Source of the DNA: Pseudomonadota bacterium
GTDB lineage: Bacteria > Pseudomonadota > Gammaproteobacteria > Xanthomonadales > SZUA-38
NCBI GenBank assembly: GCA_039195135.1
Contig: JBCCVP010000003.1
Coordinates: forward strand, 7,249-71,248
DNA: 64,000 nt
Direction of reading: 5' to 3'
Made by a program: the position numbers and the translations under genes. The notes below the pieces were generated by a model. That model was not told the DNA's origin. It was given only the letters and a program-made list of their open reading frames with translations, and did no database searches. Positions 1 to 9,830 of the stretch are shown here, one piece after another. How positions within the stretch are numbered: the stretch's first letter is position 1; every line of letters starts with the position of its first letter.

Positions 1-1407
1 GCCGTCACCGTCGAGGTCGGCGTGGGCCAACGCCTGGGTCACCGCTACCTGCGTGTTGAGGGGCAGCAGCGAGGGAGTGCCAAACTCGAGACTGTCGGGC
101 TGCAGCAGCTGATCAGCGCCGTTGTTACCCACCAGCACCGCGGCATCGGGCAGGCGGAGATCGCTGGTGCTGAACGCAAGCTCCGGCGGATCCTCCGGAA
201 GCCCGGAGGCGGCCGGGTCGTATCCATTCAGGATGTTGCCGTTTAAGGTGTATAGGCGCCCGTCGGACCGATAGGCCAGCCACGCCACATTCTCGGCCAG
301 TTGAAATTCGGAAAGGTAACGGCCGTCGCTGTCGAACACCTGAAACCGCGACCCAACCCCCGGGTTTTCTGTGGTCACGATCTGTCCCTGGGGGTTCAAA
401 CCCAGACCGGCAATGCCGGAGAAGCGGCCCGGACCGTCTCCCTGAGAAGAAAAAATGGCCTGCACCTGGCCGGACTGGGATGTCTTGACGATGTCTCCGG
501 TAAACAGGTTGGCAAGCACCAGCTCACCGGACGGGAGAATGTCGATATCGCCCGCGGCAAGGTTGCCGCCGAGCACCGGCGCAATCTCCCGGACGTAGTT
601 TCCGTCCAGGTCAAAAACCTGAATGCGATCGTTACTGTCGCCTACCAGCAGCTCGTCCGCGGCAGTCACGGCAAGGCCGCGAGGGTTTACAAACTCCCCC
701 GGGCCGTTACCGAAAGACCCGAACTCAAGCTCAAATGCGCCCTCGGCGCTGAATCGCTGAATGCGGTCACCACCGTGCGACGCCACATAGATCTGACCGG
801 TTTCGCTCACCAGGGCGGTGGCGATGGTCGTGAACTCTCCCGGCCCGAGGCCCGGGCTGCCGAAGCTGAAATCATAGGTATGGGGCACGGTCGGATCATC
901 GCCGACCGGCGGGACAAACTTGGAGACGCGGGAATTGCCCAGCTCCAGCGCATAAATGGCGTCCAGCCCATCGATAGCGATAAACCGCGGCAGGGAAATT
1001 TCGCCCGGGCCGCTGCCCGCGGAACCGAACTCTGTCAGGTATTCCCCGTTGCTCGTGAACTTCTGGACGCGGTTATTGCTGCGGTCTGCCACGTAGACGT
1101 TGCCGGACGAGTCCACCACCACGCTTTGCGGCGCGGCAAACTCGCCGGGCCCGTCACCGGCGGTGCCCCACTGGGTGATGTACTGCCCCTGCAGGGTGAA
1201 CTTCTGGATCCGCGCGGCGGTGAAATCGGCGAGATAAATAAACCCATCGTCGTCCACCGCCAGGCCGGAGGCGTAGAAATACCAGGGCTGTTGAAGCACC
1301 GGCCACAGCCGTTCGAAACCGTATTGATTGGCACCGGCGGTGGCGGATCCTGAGGCCAACAGCGCCGCGACCGCAAGGCCGGCCACCGCGCGTAAACGCT
1401 GGAGCAT
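1..1407 (-). CDS. Secreted NHL-repeat beta-propeller protein (3' end lies beyond the left window edge)
   Basis: Absent from the ORF track because it runs off the edge. The minus-strand frame is open from the ATG at 1407 down to base 1 (hand-translated at 1407-1150 and 300-1). The product starts MLQRLRAVAGLAVAALLASGSATAG (signal peptide). It is followed by NHL-like units: GFIYLADFTAARIQKF, GNVYVADRSNNRVQKF, GEFAAPQSVVVD. Plus-strand ORF 301-1353 is its antisense shadow. Confidence 0.8.
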   Translation of the reverse strand, partial: MLQRLRAVAGLAVAALLASGSATAGANQYGFERLWPVLQQPWYFYASGLAVDDDGFIYLADFTAARIQKFTLQGQYITQWGTAGDGPGEFAAPQSVVVDSSGNVYVADRSNNRVQKFTSNGEYLTEFGSAGSGPGEISLPRFIAIDGLDAIYALELGNSRVSKFVPPVGDDPTVPHTYDFSFGSPGLGPGEFTTIATALVSETGQIYVASHGGDRIQRFSAEGAFELEFGSFGNGPGEFVNPRGLAVTAADELLVGDSNDRIQVFDLDGNYVREIAPVLGGNLAAGDIDILPSGELVLANLFTGDIVKTSQSGQVQAIFSSQGDGPGRFSGIAGLGLNPQGQIVTTENPGVGSRFQVFDSDGRYLSEFQLAENVAWLAYRSDGRLYTLNGNILNGYDPAASGLPEDPPELAFSTSDLRLPDAAVLVGNNGADQLLQPDSLEFGTPSLLPLNTQVAVTQALAHADLDGDG

Positions 1408-1779
1408 GGATAGTGAGCCTTAAGAGTTTTACTAACCATACGACATCTGCCAGTTTTTGCTGAGCGGGGCTTCAAACGTGGCCAGCGGACCAGCGCTCTG
1501 TGCTGCGGGCTCCGCTCACCCCGGTTGCCGGAACGACGCCCAATTTGTCTTTTGCGCCACGCAGATCAACCAGTGCGCTGCGCCGCCAACGCGGGTGCTC
1601 GAGATCGGCGGTACGTTTTGCGAAGCCTATGAACCCTGCGCCAGCGGCGTCATCAACGTGCTCTGCACTTTCTCCTTTCTCACTGCCCTGAGATCAAACG
1701 ACCAGGCAAGGGCGGCCATCTCCAGGCTGTAGAATCGTGACCACTGGCCCTACGGGGTCGCTGGACCCGGAGACCTGTC

Positions 1780-2532
1780 TTGGAGCTCAGATTATGCACC
1801 TGGCAGGAAGTTGACCGCTACCTGCAAGGCAGCAACGCGATCGTCATGCCCATTGGCTCTACCGAGCAGCACGGTCCCAATGGGCTGATCGGGACCGACG
1901 CCTTGTGTCCCGAGGCACTGGCGCTTGAACTGGGCAAACGAACCGGTGCGTTGATTGCGCCCACCATCTCGGTCGGCATGGCGCAGCACCACCTCGCCTT
2001 TGCGGGCTCCATTACGCTGCGACCGTCCACACTGATCCTGGTCATCCAGGACATGGTGAACTCACTGATCCAGCACGGATTCAAGCGGTTTTACTTTTTG
2101 AACGGCCACGGCGGCAATGTCGCAACGGTCACTGCTGCGTTTTCCGAAATCTACGCCCAGGCCAGCCTGGGTGTGCAGCCGGAGAAGCAAGCCGGTGTCG
2201 CCTGCATCCTGCGAAACTGGTGGGAAGCGGATGGCGTCATGGCGTTGAGCAGGGAGCTGTTCGGCTCCGCCGACGGCAGTCATGCCACCTGCGGCGAAGT
2301 CTCGCTCACCCAATATGCCTATCCCGGCAGCATCAAGTCGGCCGAGCTGGACCCGCCCATCGCGCCCACCGGCCCCATCTACGACGCAGCGGACTACCGG
2401 CGGCGTTTCCCGGACGGGCGCATCGGTTCAAACCCTTCTCTGGCGACTCCCGAAGCCGGTAAAAAACTGTTCGATCTGGCCCTGCGCGGCCTGGCCGCCG
2501 ACTACACGCGGTTCGCAAATGCCGCCCGCTGA
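1780..2532 (+). CDS. Creatininase-family amidohydrolase
   Basis: 250-aa ORF with the family motifs PIGSTEQHGP, TLRPST and FLNGHGGN. No in-frame ATG near the 5' end, so a TTG start at 1780 is assumed. Confidence 0.8.
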   Translation: MELRLCTWQEVDRYLQGSNAIVMPIGSTEQHGPNGLIGTDALCPEALALELGKRTGALIAPTISVGMAQHHLAFAGSITLRPSTLILVIQDMVNSLIQHGFKRFYFLNGHGGNVATVTAAFSEIYAQASLGVQPEKQAGVACILRNWWEADGVMALSRELFGSADGSHATCGEVSLTQYAYPGSIKSAELDPPIAPTGPIYDAADYRRRFPDGRIGSNPSLATPEAGKKLFDLALRGLAADYTRFANAAR

Positions 2533-2620
2533 TGCAACACTCAGAGGGGTGATCAGCGGACCCGGAATTTGTCGATATAAATGAGGAACAGCAGCAAAGC
2601 GTTGAGCAGGAAACTGGCAG

Positions 2621-4048
2621 ATGGATAACTCGAAAGGCCCGGGCTGGTCGATCGACCCGCTCCTGCTGATCTTTTCGTTTGTGATTGCAGCGCAGCTGCT
2701 CACTTACGTTGTCCCTCAGGGCCTCTTTGATCGAGTCCCCTATCCGGAAAACCCGTCCCGGGAGATGGTGGTTGCCGGCACCTATGAGACCGCCACCGAG
2801 GATGCTCAGGTCACCCTTGCGCCCTGGCATTTCCTGCTGGCCGTCCCCCGGGGTCTTGCCGCTGCGCAGGAAATCATTTTTCTGATCTTTCTCGTCGGGG
2901 GTGTGATTGCGGTGCTGCGGGAAACCGGCGCCATCGATGCGGCTTTGCACTCGGCGGTGGATCGGCTCGGCGGCAGCCCGTGGATTTTGATCGGTGGCTG
3001 CCTGCTCATGTTCAGCCTGGGGTCTTACACCATCGGCATGGGCGAGGAGTACGTACCGCTGATACCCATTCTGGTATCGATGTGTCTGGCGATGCGGATG
3101 GACTCCATCGTGGCTATGGGTATGGTCTGGGTGCCCTATGGCATCGGCTGGGCCTGCGCGGGCACCAATCCCTTTGGCGTATTGATTGCGCAGGACATCG
3201 CCGGTGTGCCGCTTACCTCCGGTTGGCAGTTTCGTCTGGTGATGATGGCCGGCTTTCTGCTGGTCGCTTTCCACCACATCTACCGCTACGCGATGCGGGT
3301 GCAGCGCGATCCGTCGCGTTCCCTCGTCTCCCACGTGGATTATTCCGACGGCTTTGCGGCCCCGGAAGATACCCGCCTCACCGGAAGACGCGTCGCCGTA
3401 CTGATTGCGTTTGTGATCACCATCGTCGGCTTTGTTACCGGCGTTGCCACCAAAGGCTGGTATATCGGCGAGCTGAACGCGGCCTTTCTGGCGCTCGGCA
3501 TCCTGGCCGCCGCCATTGTCGGCATGAACCCGGGGCACGCCAGCCAAACGTTCATTCGCGGCGCGTCGGAGATGACTGCAGCTGCTCTGATCATCGGTTT
3601 CGCCCGGACCATCGAAGTTGTGCTGGCCGAGGGCCAGATTATCGATACGGTGGTCCACTCCATTTCCAGCCTGCTGGAGGGCAGCGGCTCCGACGTGGCC
3701 GCCATCGGCATGCTGGTGGTGCAAACCCTGTGCAATATTTTTGTGCCCTCCGGCAGCGGCCAGGCGTTTGTCACCATGCCGATCATGTCGCCGCTGGCGA
3801 CGCTGACCGACGTACCGCAGCAGGTTGCCGTGCTGGCGTACCAGTTTGGTGACGGCTTCACCAACATGATTGTCCCAACCAGCGCGCTCGTGATGGGGAC
3901 CCTGGCCCTGGGCCGCATTCCCTACAGCGCGTGGGCGCGCTTCTGCCTGCCTCTGCTCGGCAAACTGTTCGCGCTGGCCATCTTTTTTCTGCTGCTCGCG
4001 AATCGGTTTGGCGATACGCTGGGCCTGAACGTGGCCGCTGCGGGTTAA
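2621..4048 (+). CDS. YfcC / DcuC-like polytopic membrane transporter
   Basis: 475 aa, strongly hydrophobic throughout, with YfcC-family-like stretches (EIIFLIFLVGGVIAVLRETGAID, GMGEEYVPLIPILV, NPFGVLIAQ). The long minus ORF 2333-4150 is its antisense shadow. Confidence 0.8.
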   Translation: MDNSKGPGWSIDPLLLIFSFVIAAQLLTYVVPQGLFDRVPYPENPSREMVVAGTYETATEDAQVTLAPWHFLLAVPRGLAAAQEIIFLIFLVGGVIAVLRETGAIDAALHSAVDRLGGSPWILIGGCLLMFSLGSYTIGMGEEYVPLIPILVSMCLAMRMDSIVAMGMVWVPYGIGWACAGTNPFGVLIAQDIAGVPLTSGWQFRLVMMAGFLLVAFHHIYRYAMRVQRDPSRSLVSHVDYSDGFAAPEDTRLTGRRVAVLIAFVITIVGFVTGVATKGWYIGELNAAFLALGILAAAIVGMNPGHASQTFIRGASEMTAAALIIGFARTIEVVLAEGQIIDTVVHSISSLLEGSGSDVAAIGMLVVQTLCNIFVPSGSGQAFVTMPIMSPLATLTDVPQQVAVLAYQFGDGFTNMIVPTSALVMGTLALGRIPYSAWARFCLPLLGKLFALAIFFLLLANRFGDTLGLNVAAAG

Positions 4049-4149
4049 CCGGCCGGCAGGCCTTTGGTGACTCCGGGGCCGCCCTCTATACTGGCGCAAA
4101 CTTAAGACCGGCACCGTTAGGGTCGCCGTCACCAACTCGGGTAACCTCA

Positions 4150-7100
4150 ATGAAGATCATCTATTCGGTGGCGAGCCTCATGCTCGCTTCGTGCATTGCG
4201 AGTGTCCCGGCCGCCGAGGCCGAGGACGAGCGGCAGTTTTTCGACGGCATCGAAGCGCGCATGGTCGGGCCGTTCCGCGGCGGCCGGGCCATGGTGGCGG
4301 TGGGGGTGGCCCAGAACCCCCACACTTACTACATGGGCACCACCGGCGGCGTGTGGAAGACCACCAATGCCGGCGCGAGCTGGCAGGCCATCTCCGACGA
4401 TGATTTTGGTACGGCGGCGGTCGGCGCCCTGGCGGTGGCGCCTTCAGATCCCAATGTGCTTTACGTCGGCATGGGTGAGTCGCCCATCCGCAACATCGCG
4501 TCATCCCAGGGTGACGGCGTTTACCGGTCCACGGATGCGGGGGAGAGCTGGACCCACGTGGGTTTCCGAAACGTCAAACAGATCGGCGAGATTCGCGTCC
4601 ATCCGGATGATCCGGACACGGTCTGGGTGGCGGCCCAGGGCAACACTTACCTGCCAGCGGACGACGCGGGGATCTACAAGAGCACTGACGGCGGGGCCAG
4701 CTGGCGCCGCGTGCTCACGCCGGAAAACGAATCGACAGGGGCCGTGGACCTGGCCCTTGATATGCGCAATCCGCGGGTGCTTTTCGCCGCCCTGTGGGAT
4801 AACCAGCGCACCGCCTGGGCGCTGCGCTCCGGCGGGGCCGGCAGCGGAATCTGGCGCTCGGTCGATGAGGGCGAAACGTGGGAGCGCCTCAGCGAAGGCC
4901 TGCCCGACGGGATGGGCAAAATTGGCGTTGCCGCATCGCCGGCCAAACCCGGCCTGGTCTGGGCCATTGTCGAAGCCGAAGGCGACAAGGGCGGTCTTTA
5001 TCGCTCCGACGACGGCGGAGACAGCTGGAAGCAGGTCAACAAAAAGCGCGTGCTTCGCGCCCGCTCCTGGTACTACATGCACATTTTTGCCGACCCCAGC
5101 GACGCAGATACGGTGTATGTACTGAACGCCCCGTTCCTGAAGTCCGTCGACGGGGGCAAGAACTTTGCCAACGTGCCGGTGCCCCACGGCGACAACCACT
5201 ATCTGTGGGTCAGCCCGGACGACTCAAAACGCATGATCAACGCCAATGACGGCGGCGCCAACGTTTCTTTTGACGGCGGCGCGAGCTGGTCACGGCAGGA
5301 CAATCAGCCTACGGCGCAGTTTTATCGGGTCAACACCGACAACCTGTTTGAATATCGCATCTACGGCGGGCAGCAGGACAACTCGACGGTTGCGATCCGC
5401 AGCCGCTCCCGCGACGGCACCATTGGCCGGGACGACTGGGAGATCCACGGGGGCTGCGAAAGCGCGCATATCTCCTTCGACGCCGACGATCCGAGATACA
5501 CCTACGCGGGCTGCTATCTGGGCCTGATCCAGGAGTTTGATACGGTCACGCGCACCGCGCGGTCAATCAAAGCTTACGAAGAGCTGGGCCTGGGTGTGGA
5601 GGCCAAAGATCAGAAGCTGCGCTTCAACTGGAACGCCCCGATCCATGTGTCCGAGCACGACAGTTCGGTGATATACCACGCCGCCAACGTGGTGCTTCGC
5701 TCGACCGATCGCGGCTTTACCTGGCAAACGATCAGCCCGGACCTCACGCGCGACGAGGAAGACAAGCAGGGCGCCGGCTCCGGTCCTTACACCAACGAAA
5801 ATATCGAGGTTTACAACACGATTCTTGCGCTTGAGGAGAGCCCCCACGACGCAGCCACGCTCTGGGCGGGCAGTGACGATGGGCTGCTGCATATCACCCG
5901 CGACGGCGGCGAAAGCTGGGAAGACGTCACGCCGCGGGGTGTTGGTCGGGGCCTGATCAACGCCATCGACGTGTCGCCCCACGACCCGGCCGTCGCCTAC
6001 GTCACGGTCATGAAATACAAAGCCGGTGACAACCAACCCTACGTTTACCGCACCGCCAACTACGGAAACAGCTGGCGCGAAATCAGCCGCGGCCTGCCGC
6101 AGGAGCACTTTGCGCGGGTGGTGCGGGAAGACCCGGCGCAGGCGGGCCTGCTGTTTGCGGGTCTGGAGCGGGGCATCTACGTATCCTTCAACGCCGGCGG
6201 CGACTGGCAGCCGCTGCAGCTGAACGTGCCGGTGGTGCCCATTACCGACCTGATGGTACGTCGCGGCGACCTGGTCCTGGCGACCCAGGGGCGGGGCTTC
6301 TGGGTGGTCGACGACATCACGCCGCTGCGGCAGTACGCCGAAGGCCACGAATCGCAAGTGCGTCTTTACACTCCGCGGCTGGCCCATCGACTCACCCCAA
6401 CCCAGGGCCGCAATGGCGGCGGCGAGAGTTTTGCCCCGAGCGCACCGCGCGGTGCGGTCATCTACTACTCGCTCCCGGAAAAGCTTGATCTCAAGGAGGC
6501 CTCGGTCAAGCTCGAGGTGCTCGATGAGGCGGGCAACGTGATCCGCACCCTGAAAACGGATGCCAAAACCGGCGTTGAAGGGGGCGGCAACGGCGTGAAA
6601 TACCGATTACCCGCGGAGAAAGGGATCAACCGGGCCGTCTGGGATCTGCGTCGCAACCCCACGCCGGAGATTGACTACCGCTTCCTGTTTGGTGCTGCCC
6701 GGGGAGCCAAGTCTTTCAGCGGACACACGGTCGGCCCGGGCAACTATGGGCTGCGCTTGACCACCGGCGATACAACGCTGGAATCGAGTGTGAAAGTGGA
6801 CTGGGATCCGATCAACACCTATGACGCGGATGCAGTGCGCGACCAGCAGGCCCTGTTGTCCGACCTGTACAGCATGCTCGAAGGACTCTACCGGCGCCTG
6901 AATACGCTGCTGGCGATCAAGCAGCAGGTGGAGCTGCGTAAAACGCTGGCGGAAAGGGCCAAAGATAAGGATCAGACCGAAGCCGCCAAGGCACTGCTGA
7001 AAAGCCTGTCGGATTGGCAGAACAGCGTCAGCACGCCGCAGCGTACCAACAATCAGGACGTGCTCAACTTTGCATCAAAGCTGGATGCGTTCCTCGCCAA

Positions 7101-7302
7101 TCTCTACGGCCAGGTCGACAGTGCCGTGCTGGGGGTCACCCAGGGCCAGCGGGATCGTTTTGCGGATCTTCAGCCGCAGTGGCGCGAAGCCATCGCGGCC
7201 TGGGATACGCTGATCGAAACCGAGGTTGCAGCGTACATCAGCCAGGCCGGCCCGGCCGTGGTTGTTCCACAATGGAGCGACGATGGAAACGGGGAGCGTT
7301 AG
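4150..7302 (+). CDS. Secreted sortilin/VPS10-like BNR (Asp-box) repeat protein
   Basis: ATG at 4150 gives the signal peptide MKIIYSVASLMLASCIASVPAAEA. At least 10 Asp-box motifs (S/T-x-D-x-G-x-S/T-W) are present, e.g. STDAGESWTHV, STDGGASWRRV, SVDEGETWERL, SDDGGDSWKQV, STDRGFTWQTI and TRDGGESWEDV. The track ORF starts upstream at 3931 and overlaps the previous gene; that extension is rejected. Confidence 0.85.
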   Translation: MKIIYSVASLMLASCIASVPAAEAEDERQFFDGIEARMVGPFRGGRAMVAVGVAQNPHTYYMGTTGGVWKTTNAGASWQAISDDDFGTAAVGALAVAPSDPNVLYVGMGESPIRNIASSQGDGVYRSTDAGESWTHVGFRNVKQIGEIRVHPDDPDTVWVAAQGNTYLPADDAGIYKSTDGGASWRRVLTPENESTGAVDLALDMRNPRVLFAALWDNQRTAWALRSGGAGSGIWRSVDEGETWERLSEGLPDGMGKIGVAASPAKPGLVWAIVEAEGDKGGLYRSDDGGDSWKQVNKKRVLRARSWYYMHIFADPSDADTVYVLNAPFLKSVDGGKNFANVPVPHGDNHYLWVSPDDSKRMINANDGGANVSFDGGASWSRQDNQPTAQFYRVNTDNLFEYRIYGGQQDNSTVAIRSRSRDGTIGRDDWEIHGGCESAHISFDADDPRYTYAGCYLGLIQEFDTVTRTARSIKAYEELGLGVEAKDQKLRFNWNAPIHVSEHDSSVIYHAANVVLRSTDRGFTWQTISPDLTRDEEDKQGAGSGPYTNENIEVYNTILALEESPHDAATLWAGSDDGLLHITRDGGESWEDVTPRGVGRGLINAIDVSPHDPAVAYVTVMKYKAGDNQPYVYRTANYGNSWREISRGLPQEHFARVVREDPAQAGLLFAGLERGIYVSFNAGGDWQPLQLNVPVVPITDLMVRRGDLVLATQGRGFWVVDDITPLRQYAEGHESQVRLYTPRLAHRLTPTQGRNGGGESFAPSAPRGAVIYYSLPEKLDLKEASVKLEVLDEAGNVIRTLKTDAKTGVEGGGNGVKYRLPAEKGINRAVWDLRRNPTPEIDYRFLFGAARGAKSFSGHTVGPGNYGLRLTTGDTTLESSVKVDWDPINTYDADAVRDQQALLSDLYSMLEGLYRRLNTLLAIKQQVELRKTLAERAKDKDQTEAAKALLKSLSDWQNSVSTPQRTNNQDVLNFASKLDAFLANLYGQVDSAVLGVTQGQRDRFADLQPQWREAIAAWDTLIETEVAAYISQAGPAVVVPQWSDDGNGER

Positions 7303-9698
7303 AAGGACCACTCAAAGGCAACGCCAAAGGACTGCGGCTGTCCCAGCGAACCGGACGAAAGACCCGCCGGATCCGGAGATCTGAAGACGCTCACCAAATA
7401 TTCTTCGTCAAAGATATTTTGCCCATACAGAAACGCGTTCCACCGGCCAAGCTGGTAGCCGAGGCGGATATTGGTGAGAAAGTAGGCATCGGTCTCCAGC
7501 TCCGGGCCGTTTTGCACCTGGCTGAAATAGGCCCCGGAGTAGATATTGTCCACCGTCAGGGAAAAGCCCGACGCCAGGCGATAGGTGCCGCCGAAGGAGG
7601 CGTTCAGGCCCGGCTGAAAAGGAAACTCGTTGCCGTCAAGGTTTGATCCCTGAAACAGAAACTCGCCAAACTCAGAGTCGGCGAGGCCGACGGAGGCATA
7701 CAGCGACAGGTTGTCCGTTGCCCGCCAGAGCGTCTCCAGTTCGAGGCCATAGAGCTCTGACTCGCCAGCGTTGGCGATAAACCGGATAACGGGCGTCGCC
7801 GGATCCGGCGAAAAGCGAATCTTCATATCCGTATATTAGGTAAAAAATGCGTTGGCGCTTACCGACAGTGCACCGTCGAGGAAAAGGCCACGGTAGGCCA
7901 GCTCATAGTTTTTGGTGTATTCCGGAGAAAACTCGATCGCCTCTTGCGTGTCGGGCCGGATATCAGCCCCGCCAGGACGGTAGGCGCGCTGGAAGGTGAA
8001 GCTGAGGGCACTGTTGTCGGTAAAGTGATAGGTCAAACCAACCTTGGGCAGAAACGCATTAAAGCTCGCATCCCCTTCAAAGTTAGTGCTGTTGTTTGGC
8101 AGAAACGGTAGCGGCGGATCGACGATGAACGACGCGTTTTCCTGTCGCGTGGAGTCTTCCACGTCGTAGCGAGCCCCCAGCAACAGCGTCCAGGCGTCCG
8201 CGAATCGATACTCGCCCTCGGCAAACAGCGCGTAGTTGTCAAAGCTGTTGTCGTAGCCGTCGTTCAGCAGAAAACTGGAGCCCGCCAGGGAACCCTGAAC
8301 CGTACGCTGGCTCGCCTCGTCGAACCGGTTGAAATAGAGCCCCGCCAGCCCACGGAACAGCCCGCCGGCATCGTAGTTCAGGCGAAACTCCTGGGTGATC
8401 GTATCGTCCGCCCCGGTCAGCACGGTGCCAGCACCCATGCCACCGATCGTTTCTGCGATGGGATTCAGGGTGTTGGTCAGGTCGGTGTAGGAGGTGACTG
8501 ACGTAAACTGCAGCCGCTCGTTGACGTCGTAGCCGATATTCAGAGCGTATGAGGTGACGTCGGTTTCGGCGACATTGATGACCTCCGTTGCACGGCGCTG
8601 GAAGAAGTCGCTACCGTTGACCGTATTGGGAGCCTCCCGACTGTCAGACCGGGTGATCGACAGCTCGGCGCGCAGGTCGTCGCTGGGCGCAAATAGCAGC
8701 TTGCCACGATACAGATCGCGCTCGGCCCGCCCGATATCGTCCAGCACCTCACCCGCCGCCGTTTCAAACTCGGTGAAGCCGTCGCTGCGGGTCAGATCCG
8801 CCGCTATGCGAAACGCGAGGATGTCGTCAATCAGGGGCCCACCGACAGCCGCCGCATATTGACTGCTGCCAAATTCTCCCACCGCCAGGCGCGCCCGGCC
8901 GGTCCACTCAAAGCTGGGGTCTACCGTATTGACGATGACTGAGCCGCCCAGCGCCGCTCTACCCTGAGTGGTGGTCTGGGCTCCGCGAAACACCTCGACC
9001 TGATCGACATCCCAAGTACTCAGCAGCCCGCCGGCCGCACCGTTTTGCGACTGAATAGCTCCGTCCACGTAAATAGCCGACGTTTGAGCCGTGTCGCCGG
9101 TGCCGCTCCCGACCCCTCGTTCCGGGATACCCCGAATGGCCAGGCTGTTGCCACCGCCGGTGGAGACGTTCGGGATCCGCTGCAACACCTGCTCCATGTC
9201 GGTGATATAGCTGGCGTCTAGCACCACACCTTCCAGTACAGCGACGCTGGAAGTGGTGTCCTGCAGCGTGCGTTCGAACTTTTCGCCAAACACGACAATT
9301 TCATCGAGGGCTTTGACAGGCTCGTCCGGGTTGGCGCGCTCGGGATTTTCATTGGATCTGTCCTCGCCGGCGGGGAGGGCTTCCACCACATAGGCGCCGG
9401 TTGCTGTCCGCTTTGCCCTCAGCCCGGCCTGGCCCAGAGCCCGGCGCAGCGCCTCCTGCACCGTTAGCGACCCCGCGATGCGCGGCGCGGCTTTGTCGGC
9501 TACGAGACTGTCCGCTGCCATCACGTTGACCTGATAGGCCTCTGAGATAGCTCCGAGCGTAGCGCGAAGCTGGCCCGCCGACACATCAATGGTCTGACTG
9601 GCAATGGGCTGAGCGTGGGTCGCGCCTAGCTGCAGTGCACAGATCAGGACAGCAAAGGCGCGTCGAGCCTTCGCCAGGTTAGACAGAGATTTGGCCAT
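7299..9698 (-). pseudogene. FecA-type TonB-dependent transducer (STN signalling domain, plug, barrel) interrupted by one in-frame TAA at 7836-7838
   Basis: ORFs 7836-9725 and 7299-7826 are in the same frame. They are separated only by TAA plus 3 codons (...NAFFT*YTDMKIRF...). The N-terminus has a signal peptide (MAKSLSNLAKARRAFAVLICALQLGATHA) and an STN-like domain (IDVSAGQLRATLGAISEAYQVNVMA...SLTVQEALRRAL). The C-terminus ends FEWSF, the usual terminal aromatic residue of TonB-dependent receptors. ATG 9698 is preferred because AGGA lies 6 nt upstream. Confidence 0.7.
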
Positions 9699-9720
9699 CT
9701 TTTTCCTCGTTAGACATGAG

Positions 9721-9747
9721 GTCACGGGCGCCGATGAGCGGCGTTCC
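9721..9747 (-). promoter_or_regulatory. Candidate ECF-sigma-type promoter (GGAAC-N16-CGTGAC) in front of the FecA-type receptor
   Basis: The minus strand reads GGAAC (9747-9743), a 16-nt spacer, then CGTGAC (9726-9721). It sits between the fecR-like stop (9831) and receptor ATG 9698. This matches the general ECF pattern of an AAC-containing -35 and a CGT-containing -10. Motif match only. Confidence 0.35.
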
Positions 9748-9830
9748 GCGATGCCTCTTTACCCGGTACGACCCCTGAGGGCTCCAAACCCAAACCCGGG
9801 ACGGAAAAAAAAGAGGAGTCGTTGCTGCGC

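Noticed and set aside
1457-1732. 91-aa ORF in the 372-bp intergenic region between the NHL and creatininase genes
   Set aside because: It has no SD, a Cys/Ala-rich odd composition, and no motif. The opposite strand has an open stretch but no start codon. I treat it as a non-coding divergent promoter region.
2333-4150. 605-aa minus-strand ORF, the longest unexplained ORF near the left end
   Set aside because: It is exactly antisense to the well-supported YfcC-type transporter gene. Its translation is Arg/Gly/His/Pro/Gln-rich low complexity with no motifs. It is a typical shadow ORF of GC-rich DNA.
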